NCBI RefSeq assembly: GCF_000143415.4
Contig: NW_003314302.1
Location: forward strand, 327,182 to 391,181
DNA: 64,000 nt
DNA from: Selaginella moellendorffii
Taxonomy: Eukaryota; Plantae; Lycopodiophyta
Direction: 5' to 3'
The notes below the pieces were generated by a model. It had not been told where the DNA came from. It did not search any database and saw only the letters and a program-made list of their open reading frames with translations. Shown piece after piece: positions 13,240-28,433 of this stretch. A program made the translations under genes and the position numbers. The number at the start of each line of letters is the position of its first letter. Position 1 is the first letter of the stretch.

Positions 13240-13370
13240 ATCGATCGATCGATCGATCGTAACAAGTACGATGACTGTAATTTCTCTCTGCGACTTATTT
13301 TGATTAGCAAAAATCCAAAGCTCAAGGCAAAAAGAAAATAAAAGCGAACCCAAGTTTTTCCCACAGGTAC

Positions 13371-15552
<2,182 letters not shown>

Positions 15553-15897
15553 TCTCCCCTGACCTGATAACGATCGATCGATTGCTCGAGCGCGCGGCGC
15601 TAGAGCTGGATTGGATCGATTCGCTCACCTGGCGCGCTCGAGAGAAGGATTACGCGGTGTTGAGCGTGGATCTTGTCCGGCGGCAGCTCGATCTCCTCCT
15701 CCTCTCGGACTTATCGTGAATGACCATTTCTATTCCTTCGCGACGAGCGTATTCTCGCCCCAATCGTGGAGAACGCGTTTTTCCTAGCACGCTATGACAT
15801 GCGTGACGTGGTAAAACCTAGTAGATGACGTGGCCCTAAAAACCCTAAAACATTTTTAAAGGAATAATCCGTGATTATGACCAAATCATGTTTAACG

Positions 15898-16476
15898 CTA
15901 ACGAACGACCTTTTCTTCTTCCACGCTTTTGGCTGCCTCTTCTTCCTCCTTTCGCGAGGAGCTGGGAAGAACACAGTGTGAGAGAGGAGATCGCGAGCGA
16001 GAGAATCGAGAGAGAGAGAGAGAGAGCTTAACTGGTACTTGTAGATTCTCGAGAGATGATAGAGCTGGACGGTCTCATTGGCGGCGTGGCAGCCAAAGAG
16101 CAAGTAGTTCTTGGGCTTGATCGCCATGGAGAATCGCATGAACAATGCCGAGTAGATGCACATCGCTGCAAGAAATTCCCTCTCGAGATCGATCGAAAGC
16201 AAAGATAATCCATCGAAATCCACTCACCGCAGGTCATGTTTCCAGACATGAGCTCCGGCGGCTTGCTTAGATCGGCCAGGCCCTGCGATTGCGCAATCTC
16301 TGAGAAGCAATTCCCCAAAAACCTCGAGAATCTAGGAGAAGAAATCCACTCACAGCCGCGACGAAGCCCCAATTCGCGATGGGACCCCAGAAATGCGTCG
16401 TCTTGGGGCCGACCTCGCTGTTCCAGATCTTCTTGAGCTGCGCGGAGAATCTCCCGGTGGTCTTCGCGGCCGCCAT
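15898..16476 (-). CDS. MPC1: Mitochondrial pyruvate carrier 1, 4 exons
   Basis: Spliced product [47 protein letters not shown]...NYLLFGCHAANETVQLY matches plant MPC1; last exon ends TAG at 15898-15900. Confidence 0.92.
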
Positions 16477-16544
16477 GATTGATCTATGGCTAGAAAGGAG
16501 AGAATAGCGCTATCTAGGCTATAAACCCTAATGTGGTGCCATTC

Positions 16545-18815
16545 ATGCCCGCGGTGGAGCTCGCGGGATTGAGCGCTTCGCTGTGGAGGATTCCAAGCAG
16601 GACAGCAGAGATTCTCAAGCTTTCCGACAAGGTAGGCGATCCAGGCTTGCTCAAGGCGACGATTCTCAATCTTTGCAAGAACAGCGGCGACGATCCCAGC
16701 AGCAAGCCAGATCTCGAGACCTACGCATCGCTCCTCCGGCAATGCGCGAGCGCCAGGGCTCTGGATCTCGGGCAGCTCCTCCACGAGGAGATTGCGAGGA
16801 GGAGGTTCGATGGCTACACATTCCTGGGAAATACCCTGATCACCATGTATGGCAGCTGCGGCGACGTCGATCGGGCCAAGAAGGCGTTCGATCGCATCGA
16901 CAGCCGCAATGTCTTCTCCGGGAACGTGATGATCGCGGCATACGCCCAAAACGGGCATTTGCTTGAGGCCGCATCGGTGTTCCAGCGAGTGCCAGAGACG
17001 AATGTGGTGTCTTGGAACTCTATGATCGCGGCCTACGCTCAGCACGGCGACCTCTATGAATCCAGGAAGCTCTTCGACACGATTCCAGAGAAGAACACCG
17101 TCTCCTGGAACTCGATGATCGCCGGGTATGCACAGAACGCCTTCTCCAAAGAGGCACTCAAGCTCTTCAAGGCCATGGATCTCCAGGGGTTCCAGCCGAA
17201 CAAGGTGACCTTTGTGAGCGCTCTAGACGCGGCTGGGAATCTGGGAGCTCTGCCAGAGGGCTCGGCGATCCACGAAGAGGTGCTGGAACACGACTGCGAG
17301 ACCGACACGGCCGTGGCGACGGCGCTCATCAACTTCTTTGGCAAGTGCCGTATGGTGGCAAAGTCCCGAGAGATTTTTAACAGTAGCGCCATCCAGAGGA
17401 ACACCGTGACTTGGACGACGATGATCTCGGTCTACGCTCACAATGGCTTTCTCGACGAGGCACAGAAGCTCTTTGACGTCGCTCCACGGCCGAGCACCGT
17501 GACTTGGAACGTCTTGATGGCAGCCTACTGCCAAAGCGGCGATCCACACCAGGTCCAGGCCATCTTCGACAGGATGAGAGACCGGGACGATGTCTCGTGG
17601 AGCACTCTTGTGGGAGCTTACGCGCAGAGCAACCAGCACAGGACTTCCATGGAGCTCTTCAAGAAGATGGACGTGGAGGGCTACAAGCCGACGAGATTTA
17701 CTTTCATGAGCGTTGTCGACGCGTGCGGTAAGCTCTCTGCGCTGCGAGAAGGCCGAGTTCTCCACTCGAGCATCATGAATAGCGCTCTAAAGTGGGACGT
17801 TGTCTTGCAGAACGGGATCGTCAACATGTTTGGGCGATGCGGCAGCGTTGAGGAGTCGAGCTCGGCTTTCCAGGAGATGCTCCAGAGGGACGCGGTCTCG
17901 TGGTCGATCATGATCTCGGCGTTCGCTCACAATGGTCACGGAGCCGAGGCGCTGGAGACGTTCCTGGCGATGAACCTCGACGGCCAAACTCCCGACGAGC
18001 TAACTTTCGTAAGCATTCTCTCAGTGTGTGCTCACGCTGGACTTCTTCGCGATGCCAGGGGCCATCTGGTAGACATGGTTGGAGACTACGCCCTGGTTCC
18101 AGGACTGGATCACTACGTCTGCCTGGTGGATCTTCTCTGCCGCTCCGGTCGACTGGGTGCCGCTGAAGAACTCGTCGAGACGATGCCTTACGAGCCTCAC
18201 GGATCTGCCTGGCTGACGCTGCTGGCCGCTTGCAAGATGCAAGGTGATCTCAAGCGAGGAGCTCGGGTAGGAAAGTCTTTCCTTGCCACTGATCCGGATA
18301 CTTCAGCTCCTTACGCACTGCTCTCCAGCATCTACGCAGAGGCCAAGCGGGTGAACGAGATGAGAATCGTGAGGAAGGCAATGGAGGAGCGTGGGATCAA
18401 GAAGCAAGCCGGGTGCAGCTATATCGAAGTCCACGATCGAGTTCACGAATTCAAAGCTGGTGAAGTCTCGCATCCCAGACACCGGGACATCCTCTACGAG
18501 CTGATGCAAATCCAGAGGAAGATGGTGGAAGCTGGCTGCGTTCGTGACACGAGGCTTGTGAGCTACGATCTGGAGGAGGAGGAGAAGGAGAATTTGCTCA
18601 CGTACCACAGCGAGAAGCTGGCGATTGGGCTGGGGCTCGTCACCACTCGGCCGGGGACGGAGCTGCGAGTGGTGAAGAACTTGAGAGTGTGCTCGGACTG
18701 CCACACCGCCATCAAGTTTATCTCGAGGATTTGCGGCAGAAGGATTGTGGTGAGGGATTGCAACCGGTTCCATCACTTTGAGGATGGTGTTTGCTCCTGC
18801 AACGATTACTGGTAA
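16545..18815 (+). CDS. PLS-class PPR protein with E and complete DYW deaminase domain (organellar C-to-U RNA editing factor)
   Basis: Intronless ORF, first in-frame ATG at 16545. P/L/S repeats (VVSWNSMIAAYAQ); PG-box-like AGCSYIEV; HSEKLA, CSDCH and terminal CSCNDYW. Confidence 0.95.
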   Translation: MPAVELAGLSASLWRIPSRTAEILKLSDKVGDPGLLKATILNLCKNSGDDPSSKPDLETYASLLRQCASARALDLGQLLHEEIARRRFDGYTFLGNTLITMYGSCGDVDRAKKAFDRIDSRNVFSGNVMIAAYAQNGHLLEAASVFQRVPETNVVSWNSMIAAYAQHGDLYESRKLFDTIPEKNTVSWNSMIAGYAQNAFSKEALKLFKAMDLQGFQPNKVTFVSALDAAGNLGALPEGSAIHEEVLEHDCETDTAVATALINFFGKCRMVAKSREIFNSSAIQRNTVTWTTMISVYAHNGFLDEAQKLFDVAPRPSTVTWNVLMAAYCQSGDPHQVQAIFDRMRDRDDVSWSTLVGAYAQSNQHRTSMELFKKMDVEGYKPTRFTFMSVVDACGKLSALREGRVLHSSIMNSALKWDVVLQNGIVNMFGRCGSVEESSSAFQEMLQRDAVSWSIMISAFAHNGHGAEALETFLAMNLDGQTPDELTFVSILSVCAHAGLLRDARGHLVDMVGDYALVPGLDHYVCLVDLLCRSGRLGAAEELVETMPYEPHGSAWLTLLAACKMQGDLKRGARVGKSFLATDPDTSAPYALLSSIYAEAKRVNEMRIVRKAMEERGIKKQAGCSYIEVHDRVHEFKAGEVSHPRHRDILYELMQIQRKMVEAGCVRDTRLVSYDLEEEEKENLLTYHSEKLAIGLGLVTTRPGTELRVVKNLRVCSDCHTAIKFISRICGRRIVVRDCNRFHHFEDGVCSCNDYW

Positions 18816-19926
18816 GAGTATAATTACTTTGTATTAATTTATTTAAATGATGTCTCTATAATTATTAAAAATTAATACTCCTATTAAGCAAAAAGAAGAG
18901 AATATTCTAAAAAACTGCATTTCACCTATGTGCAAGATGAGACTGAACCTGGCCAAGAATAAGCATTAATTAATTTTACAGTTTTGACATATTGGGCAAA
19001 TGACCTCAACATCTATGCTTGGGTGCATGGCTTGGGAGTTATTACAAACTTGGGAACTCCGAAGCCGTGAATGACACGAACTACCTCGCAGTTCGAAAGC
19101 TAACCGAGAGTTTGATCTCGCTCATGCGCCCATCGCCCGCATCGTCAACGTGAGGTCCCGAACAAGCCGATTGGATGTTGTCGAGCTTGAATCCTCCAAA
19201 GATCTTTCTAACTCCTGCACTGCAAAAACCAGCAGCCGATCGATGAGAACACTAATAGGTGGCGAAGTCTGGAGCGCGCTGCCGAACAGCACCATCCCGG
19301 ACTCGAGGCAGCAAAGTCAGCAAGTTGCGGACGCATCCAGGATCATCGCCGCCAAGCTCTCGCCCATAAGATCTCAAACATCTTCGAGCTCTCGATGGAA
19401 GCCATTGATGAAATCCTCACGGAGTACCTCAGGTCGCGGAGGAGCTCACCACTACTGCTTCTCTAAGATAGCTTTCAACGCCTACAGGCGAGTTCCACGG
19501 AAGGAACAATGGGCAACCGGCCGACGTCGGAGCGCAGACACGGCCATTCTGTTGGCGTTGCGGCCGGCGATAGAGTCGAGCTCGGGGCGATTCTTCTCCA
19601 AGAGAACGACACTGCGTTTGACCTTCTACATACACTTCCACTTCATGGAGTGTATCAGAAAGGTGGCGGCGGATCAAGCACCTGAGACAAAAAAAAAGAA
19701 AGGAGAGTTCTCTAAGAACCGAAAGAGAAATATTTGCTTACATGCTTGGAAGACTTTCTCTGCCTGTAAGTAAACGTTAGACATCTCTCGACAAAAGCAC
19801 ACAAACACAAAAATGAAAAGAAAGTGAAAAAGGACTCACTAAGACAATGACAAAACACGAGCTAACAGACGCACACACACGAACATATCAAGCAAAACAT
19901 ATCAAGAAAAAGAAGAAACGGGAAAC

Positions 19927-21753
19927 TCAAGCCCACCCCCAAGCTCCTAGAATCTCCAGACCTCTCTCGACAAAAGCCTCGACGATGCGATGATCCTCCT
20001 GTCTCCCAAGCTTGCTATGCCACATCACGCTCCTTGCCGCGTCCTTGTCCCGTGCAAACTCCGCCAGAGAAATCAAGTATGCCAGATTTGCGTCGCTGGC
20101 CGTCTTGAACCTTTCCATGGCCTCCATCACCACCTCCGCCGCCGGGACGCCAGGCACCACCATCGCCTCCCCACTCTGCAGCCTCTGGTAATAGGAGTAG
20201 AGCGACCAGTGAATCGCTCGCAAGCACTGTCGCTCCTCCTCGTCCTTGAGCCTGCTCGCGAGAACTGTCTCCAGCGTCTTCACCATCTCGATCTGGTTGG
20301 CCTCCCCCTTGAGCCAGAACTCGAAGTTTGCCTCGGCGAAGTCCCTGTAGTAGCCGTTCACCTCCGCGAGATCCTTGTCCAGCAGCGTCGCCAGGTAGCA
20401 CTTCTTGCAGTCGCACGCGAAACCCAGCCTCTTGCGCCTGTAAGGATGGCCAGCAGAGAACGAGCTCTTCTCCAGCTTCGATATCTCGGGCCGCGACGTA
20501 CCAGGTCACCTTTCCAAGATCCGTTTTGCAGACGTTTGGAACGCAGGAATGGTTGATGAAGCTCCGCAGGATCCAGGTAGACGAAGCCGCGCGAGGAGCT
20601 CGGATGGTAGGATGCCTTGGTGACGATCTCAAAGGTTCGCTTCACTTCAATGCCTTCTAGTGCTTCTCTGCCGCTGCTGTCAATCGGCCAATCCTCGGGA
20701 GTTTTCCAGGTCAGCCGGAAGGTTTCCATGCCGGGGACTTCTCGCTCGTCGCCCGCCACCTCGCAAACGAGGCTGAGAAGCTGCTTGTATACCCGTGAAG
20801 ATTTCATGGCCATCTCAAGCAGCCGAGCAGCAGCGTCTCGGTCGCAAGCCGACTTGTTTTCACCCTGCTCGAAGATGATCGCGTTGCTCACGAGCACGAC
20901 CTCGCCTCGGTTGATCTTTCTCGTCGCAAACAGCCCGCGGCCACGCCTCGTGCTCTTGTCTTCACACATCTTCACCTCCACCGGGCCAGCGTAATCGGCA
21001 AGCTCTGGCGCTTTGATCTCGCTGTTGGAATCGCTCCAAGGGCGAAAAGAGTTGGAAATCTCCTGAGCAACGCTGCTGCTGTCCCGGCTTTGCCTGGCAA
21101 GTTTCTGGGACTTCTCGAATAGCTGGTCGATGAATTGATCTGCCCGAAATCTCCCAAGAGCTGGCACGACCAGTCGTAGAGATGGAGCTTGAGCAAAGCC
21201 AACGCCTCGCGATACACACTCTTGAGAAGGCTGGGATCCATTTCAAGAGCGGCACTGGCAGCGTTGACGCAAACAGAGCTAGAACCCGATTCTGGCGATC
21301 GTCCTGGCCGGCGCCACTAGCCATAGGCTTGAGCAGCAGCCTCAAAGCTCTCGTCTTTGAAGAGCTTGTTCCCTTCCATCCTGATCCTCGCGGGGCTCAT
21401 ACCTTGAAGTCCATGGAGGAAATCCTCGCCAAGGAAAGAGAGCACCTCGACGTTCGCGGGATTGTCAAGCGCGATGGACCAGTAGGACCTGGGATCCAGC
21501 CCTGAATCGCCGGAAACCCCGAGACCATCGCCGTGATCGCGCCCATATCGTCCGTGACGCTGCCGTCGATCATGAGCGCGTCCGCGGCCAGAAATCCATG
21601 AAGAACACGCCCCGTCGCACGCGATTCCGGCTCTAGATCTCCAATCCGGACAGGAGCTAGGGTGGAGATCGCCGCAGAGGGAATGCCGTGATCTCCTTGT
21701 GCCCGCTGGAGGAGCATCGAAGCAAGCATTGTCAGCGGATCCGAGCGCAACAC
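19927..21753 (-). pseudogene. TPR + SET-domain protein pseudogene, copy 1
   Basis: Frameshifted fragments: TPR (EGNKLFK..FEAAAQAYG; DPSLLKSVYREALALLKL), SET-N GRGLFATRKINRGEVVL, SET-C SFINHSCVPN..AARDIEAGEEL, post-SET GFACDCKKC. Start position approximate. Confidence 0.8.
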
Positions 21754-21877
21754 GTCCTAGGGAAGGAATGGCGTGAAAGAATCGGTGTCGCCGCGGCCCA
21801 GAGGAATCGCCCTAGGCACGTGGACGAGGAAGAGCATCACCGCGGTGTGGAGCACCATTGCGGTCGCGCGCCAAATG

Positions 21878-22005
21878 TAAGGAAAGCGCCTTTATGGTTT
21901 TTCCTTTAAAATAATGAATCCTTATGTTAAAAGAAATAAAGTGCCTTTAGGGCTTTTCCTTTAAAATGAATAAAGTGCCATTAGGGTTCTTCTTTTAAAA
22001 AGCAA
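21878..22005. repeat. Three short direct repeats (AAAG(C/T)GCCTTTAGGG.TCTTCCTTTAAAA) upstream of the TPR-SET gene; also at 36235-36362
   Basis: Seen directly in both duplicated copies. Confidence 0.7.
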
Positions 22006-22889
22006 GGTATGTGAACTTTGGTAATGAAACTTAATTAAAGTTAAAATAAATATGGTCGAATAAACAAAGTAAATTAGCAAATTCTAGTGCATTATATTTT
22101 TTTCCTTTTAAGCTAACTAGAAAAAGGGTAATTATTTAATAAGAAAGCTATTAGTGGTTATTTTATCCTCATTTATCCCCTAAAGTTTTAAACATCAACA
22201 ATGATAGTATATCCAAACCTCATCCTATAATTATATACATTACAATTTATAACCTCATCATGCCCTAGACTCACTCTATCATGTTTATTTTAACTCTATT
22301 TCTTATCATTTTTTAATGTAGATAAACTCTTCTAGTTCATCATTGTTAATTAGCTCAGAAAGGAGTATATTAACCTTTTTAATTTCAATTTTTTATATTA
22401 CATAAAAAATGTAATATATCATCCTATTCCAACTAAGGATGTTTAATTGACCTCAATACTAGTTTTGAAGTTGCTTATTTTAGGTGAGGCATGAATACAA
22501 GTTATAGTATAATCAATTAAGGTTCTCATATAAGGAATGGGTAATAAGATTTGGCAATAGGGATACTAAGATTATTTTTCCCTTTTTCCCTATTAGTCTC
22601 TTCCCTATAAGCTTAAAATTAAATATTAATAAATCCTATCATAATCATTATTATTATTATAAATTTAAAATAAATCTATAAATTATTTATACAATATGGA
22701 TGTTTATAAATTTTTGAATCCCACCAAGGATAATTTGGTACCCTTTCATTGTATGTAACAATATCACAATCATCTTGTATAGTTAAATATGTAATTTGTA
22801 AACAATATGAATGCTTACAATATTTATTAATGGACCACACTACCTTTTTCTTTTCATTATATAAAACTAAATTTCCATCAATTTAAAGG

Positions 22890-25800
22890 TGTGAGGGCCA
22901 AGTGTACAGCTACAATGCCGTATACTAATATTACTGTAATGGGATTTTGGTAGCCGTCGGATTGGTTTCAATCTGGACCACTCGATCCTGTATATAAACT
23001 AGGATTTTTGGGTTAATTGATATGCACATTTCTGTATTCCCTTTCCATATTCTAAACACTCACATTAGTGGAGGTGAGGGGCACCTTTGATTGTCCCTGA
23101 GGAGTGCTTAGATTTGGGATTTTGGTTTAGATTTAACTTTTTGCATTGTCTAGATCTACCATTTTCTTCTAACTTTTTGTCATTTCTCTTCTTTTGCTCT
23201 TTCTTCGTCCGTCTTTATGGTAGATCAGCAATCTCCTCCTTTGACTCTGGAGCAGTAGTTGGTACAATTGCTTGATGCTATGCGCTTGCAATTGAACAAC
23301 CAAACTCAGTTGATGGCAGCGTTCACAGCACGTGGTACAACTCCTCCTGCTCTTGGTGCTAATCCTCGCGTTCGGCCGGAGTTTTTTTGCGGGAATCTTG
23401 GGGATGATGTGTACCATTGGTTCGATCACTTCACAGTGATTGCCACATATCATTCTTGGGATGATGCTCGATGTTTGCGTGAGTTTCCCACGTGTCTCCA
23501 AGGGATGGCATTGCAATGGTACAATGGTCTGAGCACGGCCACTCGTGGGGATTGGAGTGTTCTTCTAGACATCTTCAAACGCGCCTTCGGATATGCTGAC
23601 GGCTGTGATGATGCCTTCCAACAATTGCATCGTCTTCGCCAAGGGCCGTCTGAGTCGGTGATGCAATTTGGCGTTTGTTTCCGAAGTCTTTTGCTTCGTG
23701 CGGAGCCAAATATGTCGGAACGGATCAAGCTAGGAATGTTGTGGCCAACACTTTGTCAAGATCTTGTTGAACTTGTGCATGCACTTGCTCCCGCCACCCT
23801 TGACGACGCTCTTCGCTTGGCACAACGTTATGAGACGTCGCATCTTCCACTTCTCGCTGCCTGTCCTTCAGCTCCCCTTCCTATGGGTGATGGTCCTGTT
23901 CCAATGAAGGTTGATGCTGCTGCTGCTCACGTCCAAGGATAAGGTCGAGGACGAGATCATGGCTGTGATGTTCACTGTTGGGCGTGTGATGAAGTTGGTC
24001 ATACTTATCGGAGTTGTCGGCGGTTTCCGGATTAGCGACCTCCATTTCCTAGGTGGCGACCTTGGTGTCAGCAACATCCTGTTGGCGCTGCTGCAGTGGA
24101 TGGTTTGGACACCGAGATACATTTGAGAAACGAGGAGTCGTGCGAGTAACGGAGGGACCTTGCGCGAATAAGTCAGTGACCCCTCCATCTTTCTTTCGGG
24201 AGTATCATCAAGGGGTTCACTCGGCACCAGTTCATCCAATGTTTACTTTCCAAGCTTGTTTTTATAATAAGAGGTCTCCTATTATTTTCTCCGTTTTGGT
24301 TGATACAGGTTCGAGTTTATCTTCTATTGCTCAACCTGTTGCCACACGTTGCCGTTTACACTTGCGTCCTGCGGCAGAACTAGTTTTCAAACCAGTTTTT
24401 ATGGCAACGGCCGTACACATGCATGGTGGACCTGGTTGTGCATGTGGGCGATCTCGAGCTTGAGTTGCAATCATTGCACATGGTGCCGAGTCAAACTTTT
24501 GACCTCATTCTTGGTATGGATTGGTTGTAGCGTAATCATGCCAAGTGTGATTTTGAAGCTTCTCCCCTTTGTCTCATACTTCCTTATGTTTTATTCATTC
24601 CTCTCACTTCTGTACCTTTTTGTCCCTCTATTTCTACATCCGCTTCCATTACTTTTGTTCCCCCATTATTTCCTCTTATGTTTCCATCTTGTTCTGCTCT
24701 TCTCATTTCCGATCCCTTCGACGATCGTTGTGTTGCAATGGTGGACCAGCTCATGAAGGAGTATTCTGATCTCTTTGAATTTGACCTCTCGTCTGGAGCC
24801 AAGATTGCCACATGTCATCCAATTCCAACCGGGGATGCTCGTCCAATCAAGGTTCTTGTTCGTCGTCGGTCACCCAAGGAAATCTAGATTTTACGTGCAA
24901 ATGCCAAGGAGATGTTGGAGAAGGGTGTTATTCAGAAGTCACAGAGTCATTGAGCATGTGAACCTCATCTTGTGACGAAGCTTGATGGGAGTATTCGTTT
25001 CTGCATCGAGTATCGTCCATTAAACGAAGTGACGATCCTAGATGTGTACCCTCTTCCTCACACTGCTGATGTCTTAGATCGTCTGGGCCGAAGTCGTTGG
25101 TTCACCAAGCTAGATCTTGTTTTTGGGTACTGGCAAGTACCGATGGCCGAAGAAGATATTCCTAAGACTGCTTTTCGTACACCATTTGGTTTATACAAGT
25201 TCTTAGTATGCCGTTTGGTTTGAACAATGCTCCAGCAACTTTCCAGTGGATGATGGACGAGGTTTTTTGCAATATGCCGGAGGTGACTGCTGACTTCATT
25301 GATGATGTCTTGATTCACTCGGAGGGGATGTGGGAGGAGCACGTTTGTGATGTTTGTAAAGTGTTGGATTGGCTACGCGACGTTGGTTTAAAATTGAAGC
25401 AGTCGAAGTGCGTGTTTGGGTCTAAGGATACAACTTATCTTGGATACCATATTTCTTGTGAGGGTTTGCAAGTTGATCTTGACAAACTTGTGGCTATTCT
25501 AAAGTTCCCTACTCCGAAGTGTGTGAATGATGTGCAGCACTTCTTGGGCAAGGTGAAATATCTCGGTCGTTTTGTGGATCATTTTTCTAATTGCACTGCA
25601 CCATTGCGAGCATTGCTGAAGTCATCAACATCATCTTTCATCTAGTCTCTGGATTGTGAGCGGGTGTTTGGGGATCTCAAAAACCTGTTGACGACTCCTC
25701 TGGTTTTGGCATATCCTGACTACACTCGACCTTTTATGTTGCGCGTCGATGCTTCTAACATTGGTCTTGGAGGTGTGTTGATGCAAGGGAGCTCGAGTGT

Positions 25801-27465
25801 GCCTGGTCAATGCCATCCCATTGCGTATATAAACCGTACATTACAACCAACGGAAATGAACTACTCCATGATAGAGAAGGAGCGTTTAGCAGCAGTTTGG
25901 GGTTTTGAGAAACTTCATGCATATCTACATGGTTCTCGAATGTTACTTGAAGGTGATCATGCTGTTGTTACTTCATTATTGAAGTGGAAGAACTTGGTTA
26001 GTCGTACTGCTCAATGGGCTTTGAAGCTTCAGATATATAATTTTGATGTTGTTCATCGCCCTGGGAGTTCTATGACTGATGCTGATGCTCTTTCTCAATC
26101 TCCTTTTCCTTCTCCATTCTCTTCTCATGTTTCTGATGAGCTTGTTGTTCTAGCCTCTGTGGATTTTCTAGACCAGGATTCTGTGTTATCGGCGGTTGCT
26201 GTACTTGACATTCAGTGTCCACAAGGTGCAGAGCAAGATCTACCTTCTCTTGATGAGGCTCGCGAGGTTCAAAAGATTGAGCCATGGATTCAAAGGCTTC
26301 GAAATGGGTTTGAGAATCCTGCATCACTTGCTAATGACTTGCCTTTCCGGCATTTACATTCTCAATATCGCCTTGAAGATGGCTTTCTTTATTTTATGTG
26401 GACAAATCCTGATAATCATTTATGGCTGGTGGTGCCTTCTATCTTTATTCCACGATTTCTCCATGCCTACCATGATTCTCCTATTCTAGATGGGCATATG
26501 GGACATTGTCGTATAACCGAGAAGTTGTGCAGGTCTTTCTATTGGCCGGAGATGCGACATGATATTATCTGGTATGTGCGTAGCTGCGTTTGGTGCTAAA
26601 CTCGTAATATTCCCCCTCAGGCTGCAGAAGGACGGTTGGAGTCAATTGCAGTTTCCCGTCCATTTGAGTTGGTGACGTTTGATCTTATGGGACATTTTCC
26701 ACAATCAACTGCTGGCAATGAGTATGTTATTATTGCTTCTGACTACTTGACTCGTTGGGTGGAAGTTGGTGCTCTTGCTAGCACCTCTGCAACTGCTGTT
26801 GGATACTTCCTCCTCAATCGAGTGGTGTTTCAGCATTCTTGTCCAGAGCGAATTCTTTCGGATAATAGTCCCGCATTTATGGCTAAGGCATTTCATGTCT
26901 TGATGTCTCGGTTGGGGATACGCCACACTTTCACGAGTGATTATCATCCATAATCAGACGGTTTGGTGAAACGGCTCGTTCAAACATTCAAGGGGATGAT
27001 TATGAAGTATGTGAACTTTCAGCATTCGGATTGGGATGATTATTTGCCGTCTCTTCGGTATGCATATATCACAGGGGTGCAGAGTTCTGTTGGTGCTTCA
27101 CCATATAAACTCCTATATGGTCATGATCCAATATTACCAACGGAGCTGGGTTTACCTTCGCAATTGCCACGAGTTGTGGATGCTAAATCATGGGGATCAG
27201 TATTTGATGAGCATTCTTCCACTTGTCCGAGCAGAATTTACCAAACACTTAGGCCGCATACAAGTGGGACAACAATGGCGGTATAACTCTTATCATCGTC
27301 CACCAACAGAGTATAAAGTGGATAGTCTATTTTTCCCATCTTACGGTACATGGTTTATTTAAGGGGCTCCTTGCACAGTGGAAAGGACCGTATCGGGTGT
27401 TGCAGCAAGTTGGACCACAAGTTTATGAGGTTTGGCATGACATCGAGCAAGCCAATCCTATAGAG
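22890..27465 (+). mobile_element. Ty3/gypsy LTR retrotransposon copy A, decayed and 3'-truncated
   Basis: 5' LTR 22890-23064 (TGTGAG...CTCACA) and degenerate PBS. Gag, protease (LVDTGS), RT (MPFGLNNAP, FIDDVLI), RNase H (VDAS) and integrase (ILSDN, WKGPYRV) with many stops and frameshifts. No PPT or 3' LTR. Confidence 0.93.
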
Positions 27466-28433
27466 CTTATGAATAGTTTAGAAATATCTATTAATATTTT
27501 ATATTTAATTTTCATATATATATATATATATATATATTTATTTATTTATTTTTAAAAGAAATCTGCTAATGAGAATCTGAAACTGTTATTGGACATGTGG
27601 GGAAATAGAAAAATGTGACAGGACACGAGTCTAGGGCTTTATGTCTGATCATCTTATTTGAAAACTGAGACAAGTTGAAAGGTCTTGATCAATTTGGTTT
27701 GCAAGCTCTTTGCACTATAGATAGATCACTAGATTTAATTGTGCTAGAACATTTGAATGGCAACCACTTTAGCTGGGACTAGAGGGAAATTGCATAGATT
27801 TTTTAGGTGTAATTTGCCTTTTTGTGTCTCTTAGCTAAATGGGTTACTTTGTGTGAAGCAAAATACCATTAGACTTTATTTTTCTTTTTCGCATTTGTTT
27901 ATGGGCAGCCAGCTTTATTTTGTAATGTGGGATCCTTGATGCAGTGGAGCTCCATGCTAAATAGGGTGTGAGCAGTAAAAAGTAAGGGCTCAAAGTGCAA
28001 ATCTTGCCCCAGACATCAACTAGGACAGGAAACACATATAATCCTCGAAATCAAGGAGACAACCTCATCCCTCGCCAATTACCTGAAATGCATGGAGTTG
28101 TGATGGCAAATACATGTATAAGGCAACCATAATCAGAGACCTTGAATGGCCACAAAAAAGAAGAAGGCAAGGCCAGTGAGCAGAATCACCACAACAACAA
28201 GGACACCACTGATGCAAAAATGATAATTCAACTTGCATTTTTGGATCCATTAGTCTCATGCTTCCAGTTGGGCACCACAAGACTATCAAAACAGCATATA
28301 GATAGATAAAATCTTAGCTTGAACAGCATATAGATCTTAGCTTGAGATTTCTTATATTTCCTTTTAGGTTTGGGTCATTAAATTCTTATCATAGAACACC
28401 TTTAAATTATTCTAGTTATATTTTACACACTAC

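Noticed and set aside
19050-19773. 207 aa + ORF, and a GC-rich minus-strand remnant with SACSGPHV (faintly like a tRNA-synthetase editing motif)
   Set aside because: Multiple stops and only one short motif; cannot be assigned without a profile search.
21878-22005. CRISPR-like repeat-spacer pattern
   Set aside because: Eukaryotic context, three degenerate repeats with irregular spacing, no cas genes.
27506-27550. (TA)n/(TTTA)n microsatellite at the Ty3 truncation point
   Set aside because: Common simple repeat; no evidence that it caused the truncation.
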